From Candidatus Omnitrophota bacterium (GTDB taxonomy: Bacteria > Omnitrophota > Omnitrophia > Omnitrophales > Aquincolibacteriaceae), in NCBI GenBank assembly GCA_043732705.1, contig JAYTHE010000040.1:3250-67249 (forward strand): a stretch of DNA of 64,000 nt, written 5' to 3'. This document shows, in pieces, positions 16,854 through 28,800 of the stretch; position 1 is the stretch's first letter, and each line of letters begins with the position of its first letter. Position numbers and translations under genes: made by a program. The notes under the pieces are model-generated. The model searched no databases. It was given only the letters and a program-made list of their open reading frames with translations, and was not told the origin of the DNA.

Positions 16854-19800
16854 ATGTTTCAATTAAAAAATAAGACTGTTCGCGCATCAGTCGCTGTATT
16901 TACTGCAGTTTGTCTTTCATTTACACAGGCTGCAATTTCAGCGCCTATTTTTTCGGCGTCCGCTCCCGCCGAAGTATCTTTGCCCGATTCACTTCGCCTT
17001 GACCGGGCGGTGGCATTGAAAGTCCCGAGCGCAATCGCAACCATTGAAAAACTTCAGCCCGGTAACGGTAAAACAATTTTTCACATTCAAACCGCTCACG
17101 GACATTATCAGGCTCAGCAAAATATTAATTTGCTTCTCAAAGATCTTGAAAAAAATTACGGTGTCAAAACGGTTTTGGTTGAGGGTAGTTCGAATCCACT
17201 TAATCCCGAAATTATTAACTTTTTCCCCAAAGATCATGAGAAAACCATGCGCGTTGTTGATTTGCTTACGCGCAAAGCGATTTTAAAAGGTTCTGAAATT
17301 TATTTGCTTGAGTCCGGAAAAGCCCGCGGGTTTGGCATTGAAGATGAGGTCGCTTACAATCAAAACCTGCAAGACTTCGCTTTGGTCATTCGCGCGCGTG
17401 AAGAAAGTAAACAGTTTCTTGATAACCTCGAGCAAAGCATTGAAAGGCTTTCCGCGGTTTATCTCAGCACGAATTTGCGCTCGTTTTTAAAGCAAGTTGA
17501 AAGAAAAGAAACCGGTAATATTCCGTTTGATGCTTATTTGCAGCAGCTTAAAATTGCCGCAAAAAAATATGCCGAAATTGACCTTGCTGATCCGGCCTGG
17601 CAATTGCTGTGGCCCATGCTGACGCGTGTTTTTACGATTGAAAAACTCGAAAAGAAAATCGATGCGGTACAGTTTGATCAGCAGAAAAAAGATTTTCTCA
17701 CCGCCATTAAACCGTATACCGCCGTGGAGATTCCTCGGGAGTGGGCGAAGAACTCTCCCGAGGTGGCGCAGCGGGTTTCAGTCTATGAAGAAGTTAAAAG
17801 CCTCCTGGATTTAAAAGACTTAAGCGCTAAGCTTCCTGATCCGGACACGTCAATTCTTTTTGAAAACCTTGTGAAGTCCTTGCCCGCTAACTTCAACTAT
17901 GCCCGCTTTTCTTCCGTGACTTCCTTCTGCGGTATCTTGATGATCAAAAGTGAAATCAAGGCTGACGTGTTAACTGCTGAAATTTCAAAAATGGAAGATC
18001 AAATCACCGATAAGCTTGCTGAAAAGAAAACAGCCAAGGAACTTGTTGCCGTTCTTAAAGATTACCGCATGCTTCAAAAGCTTTTTTCGCTTGAGCTTGC
18101 GCCTTCTGATTATGAAGTAATCGCGGGATCGGAGACCGGCGGCCGGAGGCCCGAGAGCATTCAGCCATCTGTTCTTGCTAATCGACTTCAAACTCTTGGG
18201 GCTTCGGCCTCCAGCCTTCCAGCTAAACAAGTTCGCGGAGTTAAATTTAACCACGTCAAAGAATTAGATAGTTTGTTCAACCAAGCGTTGAAATTTTATG
18301 CCGGCGCGCGCCTTCGTGATGGAAAAATGCTCGCACGTATCGAAGAACGTTTAAAAGAAACCCATGCCGACAAAGTGGCTGTTATCACGGGCGGTTTTCA
18401 CTCTGAACCTTTTGCGAAATATTTTGAGCAGCGCGGCTATAACTATGCTTTGATGACCCCGAAAATTACTACCGTTGACGCCGAAGGGCGTAATGACTAT
18501 TTGAATGCCATGATGATGCTGGCAACCGCACAGCGATTGCAGGCTCGGAGGCTCGAGGCCCGAGGCCCGAGAACTGAATCCGCCACCATTGAAGGCAAGA
18601 GTGTGGCTGCAATGGATGCAGTAGAGCTCAGTTTACTTGCTAAGCCTGTTTCCGAAATTGTACGCAGCGAGCCGTCACTTAGTGTTGAAGCAACCGCGGT
18701 GCGTGCCCTCTGGTCAACCGAAAAATCTTCTTTACATTCTGCTTCTTCTTCAGCATCAAGCACGACAAGAGCAACAGCACGCGTTGAAATTACTGGCGCC
18801 CGCTCCGAAATGCGCGTTTCCGAATTTCCTAAGCTTGGGGAAATACCGCTGGAAGTTGATGCCTCTCAAGCAGAAAAGCAGGTTTTTATTGGTAAAGAGG
18901 AATGGCTTGGCGACCGTGAAAATTTGCAGCCGATTTTCATTCAAGGCAGAGGCTATTTGGCGATTATAGTAACTGGACCCGGGAAGTGGAAAGACAATGT
19001 AATAACCTCATTTTTCATTTCATATGATGCTGGCGGAAAAATCAACAACGTGGTTTCTCTTCCCGGCGGTAGTTTTCATGCGAAATCTAAACAAATCGAC
19101 GTGAAAGTTTCTGTGATCGATGAGTTTGCAACTGCGACCGATGTTCAGCTTTGGGTGACTTTAAAAAATCGCAAAGCCCGTATATTTCGAATTAAGGAAG
19201 ATAAGGGGGGCGAATTTGCCCTTTACAAAGCGCTTAAAGCTTTAATCACTTCCCAAAAGCGGACAGTTTCGGTAGCTGATGGAAATGCTGGAATCAAAAA
19301 AGCAAAATCTCAAATTGTGGACGCATTAAAAAACTTAGAAAGTAATCCCACTTACCAACAAGCGCAAAGACTGTCCCACTCCAAAACTGCGCCGAAACAG
19401 CGTTCAGAACGGGTCATCACCGATTACCAGCGAACGGTGCGAGGACTTGCGCTACTTCCTTCTCGCTCCGAAGCGCGCAAATTTTCCGACGTCGCTCGTT
19501 TTGTCGTCGGGAAGTTTGTTAATGCGGTGATGATTACAGGCCTAGCTGTGGCGGAAATCGTGAGAATAACTTTTTTGTCTTTTTTGATGCTGTCCTTCGC
19601 TTACGTGGCGAGAGAAAGAGCTCAAGGACCCAATAAAACTCCTCTTCAGAATAATGAGGCTGTTCGTGGGAATGTGGTTAATCTGGAGATAATCGGCCGC
19701 CACCGCTCCGAAATGCGGCCATTTATACATCCCGAGAGGATTTCTAATGATTTAGATTTGCTAACGGCTGTGCAAGCTTCAAGAGAGTATCAATCTCTCG

Positions 19801-22800
19801 ATAAGGGTGATGAGTTTTTCGTTTCCTTCTACTTGGGGCATGACCTTGTGGGCTGGATTAGAGCGCGGCGCGAGAAGGGCGAGCAACCTTGGCTTAGCAG
19901 TTACAACCGTCGCAACGATCCTGAACATAAAATGATAGGTTCCATGGCTAGGGATGCCGAAGAAAAATATGTCAGCGGCGGGAATCAAATCAACGAACTC
20001 ATTAATTTAATGCATGAAGAATCGGTCGCTCGGAAGCCGCATATTTATTTGTCAGACGAACATCCCCTGGTTCGCTACAGTAAAAAACGCCAAGCAATAG
20101 TAACTAAAACAATTGCAAGGCTTCAAAGCGCAGAAGCTGGGTTATTAGCTTTGAAAGCACAGCTGGATCGGTCAGTTGACGCACGGCAACCTGAGCCGGA
20201 AAAATTCGATCAAGAGCGATTCAATAGCGCTGCCACAGAAAGATTGGTTCAAAAATTTATTCAGCCTGCCATCGAAAATTTAAAGCTGGGCAAGTTGTCC
20301 GATGCATGGAAGTTGATTCAAACTGCAATTGGTTTGATGAACGATACAAACGGGCTGGAAAGCGGCGATGGATTGAGGGTGATTCAGTTACTTCGTGCGA
20401 CCCGAAACGCAATCAGTATATTTGCTGATAAGTACGGCGAGATAGTTCTAGAAGCAGATATGCGCGCTGAAACTGCTGAAGCTCGCTCCGAAGTGCGAAC
20501 AGTCACGCTAAGAGTTTTAACGGCGGCTATTATGGGATTCGCATTTTCTGCGATTGCGGAGCAAAAACCCGTGGCGCCGCCCGTGCTGCGTGCTGCTACG
20601 GACACGGATCCTCAATTGCTACGCAAAATCGAAGCAGTTCTTCGCCAGCCCATGCCCACTGGAAACTCAGCAGGTGCTATCCAAAGTCGAAAAAATTTAG
20701 AGACTGCCAAGGAAGCAGCGCTTAAAGAGTTGGCCGGAATCTCCAATCCCTCTGCTCTTTATGGATTATTGGCGGCACTTTTAGGAGATAAAAATCATCC
20801 CGCTTCATTGAAAGCGTTAGTTGCGGAAACGCTTAAAAAGGGTTTAGAAGCGCCGCAGTCCTCTTCTACGGTCAACGCGGTATTGAAGATTTTGTTTCAA
20901 ATTGCAAAGGATAAAAATAACCCGAATAGGACGCAAGCCATTGGAGTGCTTTCTCAAGCCGCTGAAAAGCAACGAGCGGTCATCGGTGAATTTGGAATGA
21001 GGGAAGTCAGGCTCATAATCGATGGTGCTGATAAAGAAGCTGCAGCCAAGCGTAATCTCCTTATCGCCGAACAGGAAAAAATCATCCGTGCCGTTAACCC
21101 AGCAGATAAGGAAGCCTGGGAAAAAAGAAAGAATGCACTTCTTGTTTTGCGCGGCTTCGTAGAAGATCCGGCTTTTACGCCGGGAGACAGAAGCAACATT
21201 CTCAAGCTTGTTGTTGGCTATTTGATAAGTGCTCCCGATGCAGTCGATCAACAGAAAGGAAAAGATCAAAATGGCCCTTGGGCTAAAGTAGCTGCAGCTC
21301 AGGTTCTTGAGTCAATTGGCGGAAATGAGGCTCGTGACGCTTTAAATCAATTTGTCACTGATCCGGCGCAAGATCCAAAGGTTAAAGCGGATGACGCTTT
21401 CCAGAAGGTTCTTAAAAAATTCTCAGGCCGCTCCGAAATGCGCACGCCTGAAATTACAAACGTTCGCTTTGTTTTGCCCAGCAAGATTCAGGGGAATCAA
21501 GTTCGATCTGCGGCAGCTTACGCGGTTGAAGAGGGATTACTAACGGGAACTGAGTCGTGGTGGCAAGAAATTCATACGCGGGGCAATTTAGATTTGACTC
21601 AACGCATTCTAAATGATTCGCCCAAGTTTTCGTATGAGGAATTATCGAGGTTCGCGCGCGCTTTGCCACCAGCCACGGCTTATGTCGTCGTCGTGAGAAA
21701 AGGAGATTTTGAACAAGCTAAAGAATTTTTATCGATCAAGCGGCCGATGATTTTTTTGGTTGAAGATAAAGCCGATGAAGAGGGATTGAGGAATTTAGCG
21801 ATTAAGCAGTCGGTTGCACATCTTGTTTCAGTAGCTTATGTTTCTGATTGGAAAAAAGAAAATGTTGCGTCGCTTGTGCGCGAAGAATTAGACCGAGTCG
21901 ATGGCCGTGATTTAGTGCCCCGTTTAGACCGAGTAAATATTTATTTGTCCGGGCATCTGTTAGATAGTACTAATGAAGGAAACGCACGGGCCATGCTGGC
22001 GGACAAAGGTGGGTTGTTGCGGGAGCGAGTTGGGAGTTTAGCTCGTTATTATAGATTGTATGGAGGGCAAATAAAAAGTCCTCTAAAAAGCTGGGCTGAC
22101 TTTGATGTTGCAGCAGGTAAAAATTCTCTTGAAATTATTCGTTCCGAATCGCGAGCAACTGTAACAGAAATTGAGTTTACGGGAGAAGTTCTGGTTCCCT
22201 GGCGTATCGAACTAAAATTAAAGGACGGGAAATCGGTTGAGCTTAAACTGAATCAGGAAAATAAGGCAGCGGCCAAAAAGATGTTCGCTCAAAGCTTACC
22301 TATCAGACCGCTTGTTTATACAATCAATGATGCTAGTTCAGGCACAAATTTCGGAAGTATTCAAATGAATCTTAATGAGAATCCTAAAGATCTTACAGAG
22401 AAAAATCAAATAAGCGACATCCGTATCGTTAAAGATTCCGTGGCCGTGTCTGGAAACAATACCCTTGTTAAAGAAGTGAAAGCATGGTTGGAAAGTTTTG
22501 AAAAAGAGAAGCAGGCCTTTGAGGGTAAGAGCTTAAAGCTTTCTCCTTTTCAAGTTGACGATATTCCTCTCGAAACGAAATTTCATCCGGTAACCCATAG
22601 CCTTATATCAGCTCGATTAAATTTTAGAGGGAATAATCCGGTTCAAGTGGGACTTGAGGCTGATTCTGCAAGTCTTGTGGCGATGTCAAGCGCAGGCGCT
22701 GAGCCGCGCGAAACAAGAATAACTTTTGATGTGACTGTTAGAAAACCGCTTACTTTGCCGCAGCCCGTGGGAAAAATTCATGCTACCGCTCGTGTCAGCA

Positions 22801-25800
22801 CAAATGGTTTTACATTAGATGAAGTTCGTAAAACGCAAACAAATCCTGCGGCCGTTGATGCGCAGGGCATTGTTTCTACGGCTGCGGCATGGCTTGCAAC
22901 TGAAGATCTTAGCGAGAGCAATCCAAGACTCCAGCCGGCCCCCGCCCGCTCCGAAGTGCGGGGCGATGCAACCCAACCTGTTGGCGGAAATCTTTTTACT
23001 AGACCCATGCCCCGGCGTGATGCTCTTAAGACGGCGGGTTTGCTTGGATTGATATCAGCTTTGGGCAGAACACATGTCATCGGCGCAACGGGTGATGTTT
23101 GGTTTGGTGATTCAAATTCGGCAAATCTTGCTTACACGAGCGAGCAATTTGTTAACACCGCAGATGGACGTACTTTTTGGATTTTTGTTGCGAAGCAGAA
23201 TATTCAATTTCAAACCAAACCTGATTTGCAGAACGCTGCTTGGTCTCCCTTATCTGGCACGCTTGCGGATGGAAATGTGGCCGTTATTGAACTGCCTAAA
23301 AGTGCTAATGGCAAAACAGGTTTTGGGCGCGTTGCTCGCGCTACGACGCCATCTCAGAATCAAAGACAGGCAATAACCCAGCTAAGTAATTCCAAGCCTT
23401 TGCCGTCGGAAGTACAAACAATTTTGAATTCAAAGGCTTACGCGGGCAAGAAAGTGACTGTTGTCCAACGCTCCGAAGTGAGGGGAACAGTTTTTCAAAT
23501 TGTAGATGCGTTTGAGGTATCGAAAACAGAAGCGAATTCCGAAAGTGGAGCCTATGCTGGCCCTTACTTATTGCCATTTTTGGAGCGAATGCCGGAACGG
23601 TTCAAATTTTATAAAGCGCTTCCTCAAAGTATTAATTTTGTTCACCCTATGGATGAGACCGATATTGGAGCCGTCAATTTTTTTGCCTCCATTAACACGG
23701 CATCGAAAGTGGATACAAGCAGTCTAGGTGCGGTGAAGGCAAGACGGTTCAAATTTGAAGATGAGTTCGTCGGAAAAGAAATGCTTTTTGTTTACGATAC
23801 TACAGCACAAGAAATCCATTCTATTTTCGCCCTTGATTCCAGAAACAGAATCGTAGGGGGAATCATGTTTAAGAAGTTACCAAGCGATATACTCAAACCC
23901 GAACGGCCATTTCCATTGGATCCAATTATGACGCAGGCTCTTGACCATGCCGGAGAGAGCCGGGTGCCTGCTAAAATTAAGTATAGTCCTCAAACAAAAG
24001 ATTTGGAGATTGAGTTTAATACTGTGGCTGAGCCCGAGCAGCAAGTTGGGCCATCTCTGCCTGACGCTATTTTAAAATTTAATTCTGGGTACGAAGGATT
24101 CACGGATAAGCCCATCGATTCAGCCGATGGAGCGCATGAATTTACTTTTGACACCATTGCAATAGCGGCACAGGGCCTGGATGAGCTTATTGAAAGCATT
24201 GCCCAATTAGAGGGTAATGAGGGTGTAAGTAGTGTTTACGAAAGAATCAAGGCACCACAGGGACGGATCTCTTTAATTTTTGATTCAAAAAATAATCTTT
24301 TAGCAATTCAATCTGGTGCGGCGGGAGCTAAAGCACGAGATGCTATTGTTTTTGAAAAGAAATCGGGTGCGATCTCCGAAGTTGTGGCGCGATCGAGCGC
24401 GATGGCACAAACCTTAACTGTTTTACCTACCGTTCCTGCGCCGATCAAAGGCTTATTTGGTTTTAGTGGAAAAGATCACTGGATTACTTTTACTGCGCGC
24501 TCGGAAGCTCGTTCTCAAACCGGTGGAGCCGTACGTAACGAATGGAAAATTTCGACGAAAGGTCGTTTTTCTGCCATAAGCCCCACAGGGAAAATGATTT
24601 CATTGGGTGAACGTTCGCCGTTTGAGCGTGTTGTTGAGAAAAGAGTAATTGGAGACAAGCTGATTGTAGTTACGCAAGATCCCAACCAAAAAAATTTGCG
24701 AGTTTTTAATCGGGAGGGGAAAGCTCTTCAGTTAGGTGAGTTTAATGTTATTTATGCTTTTAAGGAGTACCGCGTTGTTGGTGGTGATCGGTTAATCGTT
24801 CGCATGCGGGACGCCGGCTCCCTTTTTATTTATGATTTGGCAGACGGATCTCAAATACCTTTGGATGGCCACCCTGCTATTCGTGATAGCGGATCCATTT
24901 TGACAAATGAAATGGACGTGCGTGGCAATACTGTTTATGCCCTACATGACGGTAGTTGGTATGGTTATTCAATTCGAACCGGAAAATTAGTTAGGGATGG
25001 GCATCCGACCAAACGTGGCACAGCCTATATACCAACCGGGCTAGATATTGCTTGTTACGGTGTCATCGCAGCAATGATTGCGATTGGCTCGCTTCTTATA
25101 CCCTTAGCACATCCGAATGGGGTCAATTTTGCAGCGACCCTAGCTCAAATTGTTTCCCGCTCCGAAGCGCGGCTGTACACAAATCATGGTGGTAATGAGC
25201 CGCTTAAGCAGTTCCAAGAAGATGTTCAAGCTGGAAAAATTTCTCGTGGTAGCTGGCTTGAAGTCCGGCTCAGCAGAATTGCCGCCGTCCAAAAAGGACA
25301 ATTCGAGGGTTTCGAAAACGGGCAGCTGATACTCAAAGATAGCCGTTTCAATCCTCCCGCGATGAATGAACATTTTAATCTCAAAGAAATTGAAGCCATC
25401 GTCGTGAGGGGGCAATACGAGCATTACTTCAATATTGGGAAGAGTTTGGCAATATTTTTAATCCCGCTGTTCCTCTCTTTCGTCATAGCTTATAAATATA
25501 ATCTTCATCGAATGGGGATGGCTGTTTCGGCCACGATAGCTGTGGTTGCTAGTTTTATTTTGTCGCGTTTTCTCCCCGCTTCTGCTCCAGTGGAAGTTGT
25601 TGCTGTCGCAGAAAAAATTAAGGATATCATTGCCAAGCGTTTGGGCGCCAACCCAGAGGTTGTGACGGAAGACGCTCAGCTTGTCGAAGGTTTGAATGCC
25701 GATTCCTTGGATCTTATCGAGCTTATTAATAAAATTGAATCGCAATTCAAGATAGATATTTCAGATGCTGAAGCAGAAAGACTTGCCACAGTCGGTGATT

Positions 25801-28800
25801 ATATTCAACTTGTACAAAAAAAACTCGCCCGCTCCGAAGCGCGAGAAGATTATCGTCCTCAAAAACCAGGTGAAGAAAAACCGGCGCCGGGTATGTTCGG
25901 TCAAACACGCGTATTTGGCCGCTCCGAAATGCGGGAAATTCTCGCAGCATTTCCGACGGAATCACCGACGCACGTCGATTTTGAAAGACTATTTGCCGCC
26001 TACTTGAGCGATGTTTATACAGCTTGGAAAATTGACGGCGATGACATTAAAGATAAAGCCGATCGCGCATATGTGAAGCAGATGGCATTGCAGCATTTGC
26101 GCCAAAGATTTTTAGGCACAGGCACGGTCGATCCGAATGGGCCGAAGGCACCTTTGCATATTCGCCGTAATAAGGGATCGCTGAACGTGGTTTCAGCCGA
26201 AGGTAATGCCGTAGTCACTTCGCAGTTAACCTATAATGAATTGCGCGAAGCGGGCGCGTATAAGCGTTCTGACCTTGATACTGATCCTAGAAGAGATGAG
26301 TATCTTAAGGCTGCTTCAGGAGCTTGGGTTACTTGGAATACATTGGATGGCGGCATCGGCGAAAGTTTAATGCGTGAAGAATGGTTGCTGAATAAGGGGC
26401 TGAGGATGCGCTTGAAGGATATTCTCTCTCAAGCTGAGCAAGCGGATACGAAATATCAAGGTCCATTGGCGGCGCTTAAGCAAGCTGAAGAAAATGGTGA
26501 AACCGAAGAAATTATTAAAGCGCTGCGCGAAATTGAAAAATTAGCCGGTTATGCAGATCCGCTTCAATTGAAAATGGGCGCAAAAGGGACGGATCTTGGC
26601 CGCTCGGAAACGATTCGCGGTAATCAATATTTTGTTGGTGATGCGGAAAGACGTTTGCTCTTAATCGCGGATATTGCGACCAAGAGAAAATTCGGGAAAA
26701 TTGCCTTTCAGCCGTTTGTGAATTATCAATCCGCAGAATCTTATGTAAATCTTATGCAGCAGCCCTATCTATGGGATGTGATTGAAGGTAGTGAACATCC
26801 CCGGACTTATCAGCAAGCTCTCGAAGATGCCGGAGTTGAGATTAAAACACCGCTTGAACAGCAAGATTTGCCTAAATTTGAAATTGAAGACGGTGCGAAG
26901 GCCGGGCTTCCGACTTTGGATTCAAAAGTGCAAGATAAAGGCCAGCCGGGCGGACATGGACAATGGGGCGCTTTTTATATGATGGATTTCACCGAAATTG
27001 CTCCGCCAGATAATGGTTTTCATAATGTGCGCTTTTTTGGTAACGGTGACAACAATCATGGAAATCCCGAGCCGATTGTCGTTGGTTTTGCTATCGTTCA
27101 AAAGAAACCCATTTTGAAAATTACGACACCTGCTACCGCGATTGATACGAAGGGCGGAAAAGAAACCCTGCGTCTCATTCAACTTAAGGAACGGGTGACC
27201 AGAGTTTTGGATCAATGGGAAGAAATTGGCGCTAAAAACGCGGGACAAATTGACTTATTTTACAAAGCAGGGCAGCGCGGCGGTTTTGGCGAACAGGGCC
27301 GGCAGCATTTCAACACCAACTTGTTCGTATTTGATGAAGAGCAAATGCATCCGATTTTAAGAAAAATGCGTGAAATTGTCGGTGAGGATGAATTTTTAGA
27401 TGCGGTTATGCCGCTGTTGTTTGATAAAAGTGATAAAGCCAAAACTATTGACGGTAAAAAATTCGTATCGATGGACTCAGCCATTGGATATGTCATTCAT
27501 AATTTGAATACGTTTTACAGCACCGATCCACGGCTTGAAGAATTGCGCCGGGAATACGGCCCGCAATTGCTTTATTACATGGATTATGATCGTGGTATTT
27601 TTGCGCCCAAAAAGAAGGCCGAAGATCAATACCTGCAAGAGCGTACGGATTATTATGGTCCTTTTGATGAGGAGGCTAAAAATTTCCATGATGCCGAACC
27701 CGGGCTGACACCACCGGGGTTTGATGTTACCGATCCGGTCGAAAAAGACAGCAAAAAAGCCGATTCAAAATTTTGGGGCGAAGTGCAGCATTGGAATGAT
27801 TCGTTTGGAATATCGCGTGTCAGAAAAATGCAATCACTGAAGGTTGAAGGGCGTGTGACGATTCGCAATGCCGAGTATGTCGGGGATGTCGTGATTATCA
27901 ATCGTTTTGGCCGTGAAGACAAAACAAAACCCGCCAAACGCGTTATTTTAAGCAATGGTGTTTATTTCGAACAATTGAAAGCACTCGGTTATTGGGCCGA
28001 AGATCATTTGCTCTTAGAGAATGTGACAATCACGATTGATGAAAGTGGAATTCTGTCGACAAAACCAACCCGCTCCGAAATCCGGAATTTGGATGAGCTA
28101 TTAGCTGAATTGAATAAAGCCGTTCGAGCACCTCTGAATTACAGAGGTGCCGATGCTATGCCGCCAACGACAACGCTAGTCGCACTTGCGCCTAATTTGA
28201 ATGTTGTTATTCAAGTGAGGGATGGAGTTGGCACATCGAGAACAGTGCTTACTTATACTTTAGGAGCAAGAGAATTAGAAACAAGAAATGTATTGCCTGG
28301 CGGACGAAACGCACAGAGCTTCCCTATTGGCGGCGTGGCGTCGTATACCGTTAATTTTCAATTGCCTGCGGCTGACGATGCGAAGGTCGTGGCAGATGCG
28401 CTTAAGCGCGGGTTGCCTCAGTTCGTGACTGGCGATTTTAACGTAGTGCCAGCAGGCAATTCCGGAAGCATCGCCATTACTTTTACACCGAAACGCACAC
28501 AACGTACCGAGTTGATTGAAGCCGCTATTCCTCAAGTTATGGAAGCAATCTATCAGCTGGCGAGGTCAAGAGGGCGGAAAGTCGTAGATTATCAGTTGGT
28601 GGGCTATTCCGGTATCGTATCGAAACAGACATACGGTGCAATGGACCGCTTTCCGGTTACTTTTTCCGCCGAAACCGAACAAATAAGACAAGTGGTTCGC
28701 GCGGCGCTTGATAAAATTTTAGATCATTATGCTGATGGCAGGGTTGAATCCATTGAGGTGAAATTGCAAGATGACGCGCTCACAACAAGCGAGACCCCGT

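Noticed and set aside
18126-18572. GC-rich tandem repeats as a possible CRISPR array
   Set aside because: The units are only 7-8 nt with no spacers, they lie inside a protein-coding frame, and no cas genes are present. These are simple sequence repeats.
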